From positions 1 through 45,084 of the IMG/VR virus record IMGVR_UViG_3300010935_000116: 45,084 bases of DNA. One strand, written 5' to 3'. Shown here in pieces: positions 42,935 to 45,084 of this stretch. Made by a program: the position numbers and the translations under genes. This stretch comes from a virus. Position 1 is the first letter of the stretch, and every line of letters starts with the position of its first letter. The notes under the pieces were generated by a model, which saw only the letters and a program-made list of their open reading frames with translations, was not told the origin of the DNA and made no database searches.

Positions 42935-45084
42935 TTAAAATTCTTTATTAATATTTCTAAATATAGCATCTGCAATCTGCAAATAACCCTCTGTCGCTGG
43001 GTGTACTCCATTTGTACCTGCCTGCTCTGTATCTGTACTATTTCTACTATTTACAGCACGCTGCCCCTTTGGCATATTGTAAAGCGTATCAAATTGCGCC
43101 GAAACATTAACAAATTCCACAAAATCGCTATAAGCTGGCTCATTTGCCCAAGCTTGGTAAGCAAGGTTAAGCCCGAATACTGTACGTGCTAAAGCAAAAT
43201 AATTACCGTAATTACTATTACCGTCGCCGTAATTTTGTGCCAGCCCGCCGTCTATACTTGGCAGCTGTATTCCCATTATTTTAACCTTAGCCGCAGGATA
43301 TTGCTGGTGTAATTTATCTACAAAGGTTTTAGCATCTGCAATAAGCCCAGCGTGGTCTGCTGCCGTTGCTCTATCGCCTGCCATACCATTCCACGTAAGT
43401 AGTACACATACATAATCAATATCCACAAAGCCATTAATCCCCACGTAATTAGTGAAATCAAGCTGCCCCGTACTACTGTTCCAAAACTTATTCACGGCTG
43501 TACCGCTATTATTCTCTACACCTGTGTAGTTAATAGCTGCCGTATGGTTTGCGCCCGATACGTGTGTTAATACGCCCGAAGCTGGTGCGTTTGCTGTGTG
43601 CTGGTATCTACTAAATACCAAAGCTGTGCCACTTGTAACTGCTTCAAGCTTCCACTCGTTACCGTTTGCATCTACCCAAATACTTACCAAGTCCGAACTA
43701 TCTTTATCGTGTGCCGCCACGGTAAAATCTACGTCGGGGCTTGTAGTTTCCTGTATGTACCAGCCCCAAGTTTTACCGCCGTAACCCTCGTACTGGTTTC
43801 CGTTCCCTTGGTCTACCGTACCAATTAAATCAACATTATTTATTCCAATTCCTGCAAGGCTGCCTGTGTTACCAGTAAGCAGCCTGTGTAATTCGCCAGT
43901 CCATATTCCGCCAGCGGTTAAGCTGTCGCCTACGCACAGGATGCGCTTAATACTTGCAGGGCTTACACCTGCTGCGCTTACTTCTACGTTACAACTTTCA
44001 GAAGCTACAAGTAAGCCGTCTTTCGTATAAAGCGATATAGTAAAGGTTTTTGTGCCTGTGCTGGTAGGTGTGAAATCGTAGTATCTTGGGTATTGCCTGC
44101 CGCCTAAATTACCAGTTACTTTAATGTTATAAATGAACGGGTCTATGGCTTCAATCATTCCCCTAAAAAATAGCTGCTGTCTATAACCTACTACGGCATC
44201 AAAATTATCGGGTAAAACAATTCTCGGCACAGAACTTTCTGCGTTTTCTAAAACCGTTATCCTGTTGCTAAGCGGTAGCAATTCAGATAAAGACTTTTTT
44301 ATAACAGGGTTTACCATTAGTAAATGCTCAACTGGCACAGCTGGATTACCTGTAAAGGTAGCCCAAGTCGTGTCTATTATATTAGTAGTGTAATATGATG
44401 CGCCTGCGTGGTTTGGCTGCGCCCCTTTTACTTCGCCACCATAAGCCACTTCCTTATTTTCATTATAAAAAATATAACCTACAAAATAAGTAGCACCTGT
44501 AAAACTGTTATCATCTAAAGTAATAATATTCCCGTTTGCTGGGTCTGTTAAAGGGAAATCAACCTGCGCTAAAGTGTTTAAATTCTTATCTACACGTATA
44601 AAGTCCGATACTGCCACAGGTGTAGCATCTGCCTTATCGTTTTTCACAAATATTTTCATAAAAGACCAGCGATCTGCATCTGCCACAGTACCACGTCGAA
44701 CACTTGTTAATCTAAGCGCATTAAAAGAAACTCCTATTTTATTTAAATCTGAACCCCAACCAGCAAAAGGGCTTGACCTTGTATTACCAGCCGACGGCGT
44801 TGGTGTTATTACTGAACTAATATTATCATAAGAAACCGTATCAATAAAAAGGCTTAATATGTCTTCATTTGCCGTTACAAATGAGTTAATATAATTTATT
44901 GCATCCTGTGTAAATTCAAGGTCTTTACTTGCGTTAAATATTTGCGCATAAAATGGTCTTGTCTGATTGCTTGTTACAGCACTTGTAACGCTGTCGTTTA
45001 TGTTTTTTGTAGTCTTGTATTTTGTAGATACATTACCGTCATTAGAACCCACGCCGCTGCCTGCATAAACACCAACCCTGCCGT
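42935..45084 (-). CDS. Tail fibre with C-terminal SGNH/GDSL hydrolase domain, 3' part of the wrap-around ORF
   Basis: The ORF is open to the window end. The track start at 45052 is an internal GTG. GDSL block I is RILCVGDSLTAGG (GDS at 43922..43930) and block V is GTNGVHPATEGY near the C-terminus. Confidence 0.8.
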   Translation of the reverse strand, partial: GRVGVYAGSGVGSNDGNVSTKYKTTKNINDSVTSAVTSNQTRPFYAQIFNASKDLEFTQDAINYINSFVTANEDILSLFIDTVSYDNISSVITPTPSAGNTRSSPFAGWGSDLNKIGVSFNALRLTSVRRGTVADADRWSFMKIFVKNDKADATPVAVSDFIRVDKNLNTLAQVDFPLTDPANGNIITLDDNSFTGATYFVGYIFYNENKEVAYGGEVKGAQPNHAGASYYTTNIIDTTWATFTGNPAVPVEHLLMVNPVIKKSLSELLPLSNRITVLENAESSVPRIVLPDNFDAVVGYRQQLFFRGMIEAIDPFIYNIKVTGNLGGRQYPRYYDFTPTSTGTKTFTISLYTKDGLLVASESCNVEVSAAGVSPASIKRILCVGDSLTAGGIWTGELHRLLTGNTGSLAGIGINNVDLIGTVDQGNGNQYEGYGGKTWGWYIQETTSPDVDFTVAAHDKDSSDLVSIWVDANGNEWKLEAVTSGTALVFSRYQHTANAPASGVLTHVSGANHTAAINYTGVENNSGTAVNKFWNSSTGQLDFTNYVGINGFVDIDYVCVLLTWNGMAGDRATAADHAGLIADAKTFVDKLHQQYPAAKVKIMGIQLPSIDGGLAQNYGDGNSNYGNYFALARTVFGLNLAYQAWANEPAYSDFVEFVNVSAQFDTLYNMPKGQRAVNSRNSTDTEQAGTNGVHPATEGYLQIADAIFRNINKEF
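44846..45084. repeat. Terminal direct duplication, right copy (identical to 1..239)
   Basis: Direct reading of both ends. Confidence 0.95.

Noticed and set aside
42935-45084. A diversity-generating retroelement or hypervariable region in the tail fibre
   Set aside because: There is no reverse transcriptase ORF anywhere, and I could see no template/variable repeat pair.

Overview
The window is one complete tailed-phage genome of about 44.8 kb. Positions 1..239 are identical to 44846..45084, so it closes into a 44,845-bp circle. About 70 genes are tightly packed and all are on the minus strand.

Reading in transcription order (high to low coordinates):
- **Early/replication-recombination block (40.9 kb to 24.5 kb):** RNase H, PD-(D/E)XK nuclease, RuvC-like resolvase, a TopoVI-A/Spo11-like Mini-A protein, HNH, DnaQ-like exonuclease, SSB, ASCH, a ParB-DNA methyltransferase fusion and a truncated AdoMetDC-like ORF.
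- **Packaging:** TerS and TerL.
- **Inserted cassette:** promoter-driven, with small acidic proteins, a DUF932-like protein and an orphan Rad50/SbcC-like ATPase.
- **Morphogenesis:** portal, scaffold, major capsid, tail chaperones with a -1 frameshift, tape measure, tail proteins and a 1002-aa tail fibre with a C-terminal SGNH esterase that wraps the window ends.
- **Lysis:** holin, amidase and a non-canonical spanin-like pair.

No integrase, DNA polymerase, helicase, primase, tRNA or CRISPR array was seen. A promoter/operator-like repeat occurs four times, possibly five. A conserved CGAGAGC leader sits 1-5 nt before seven start codons. The absence of Shine-Dalgarno motifs and the TTG/TAnnTTTG-like boxes suggest a Bacteroidota host; this is inference. 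All functional calls rest on motif reading by eye, with no searches run.
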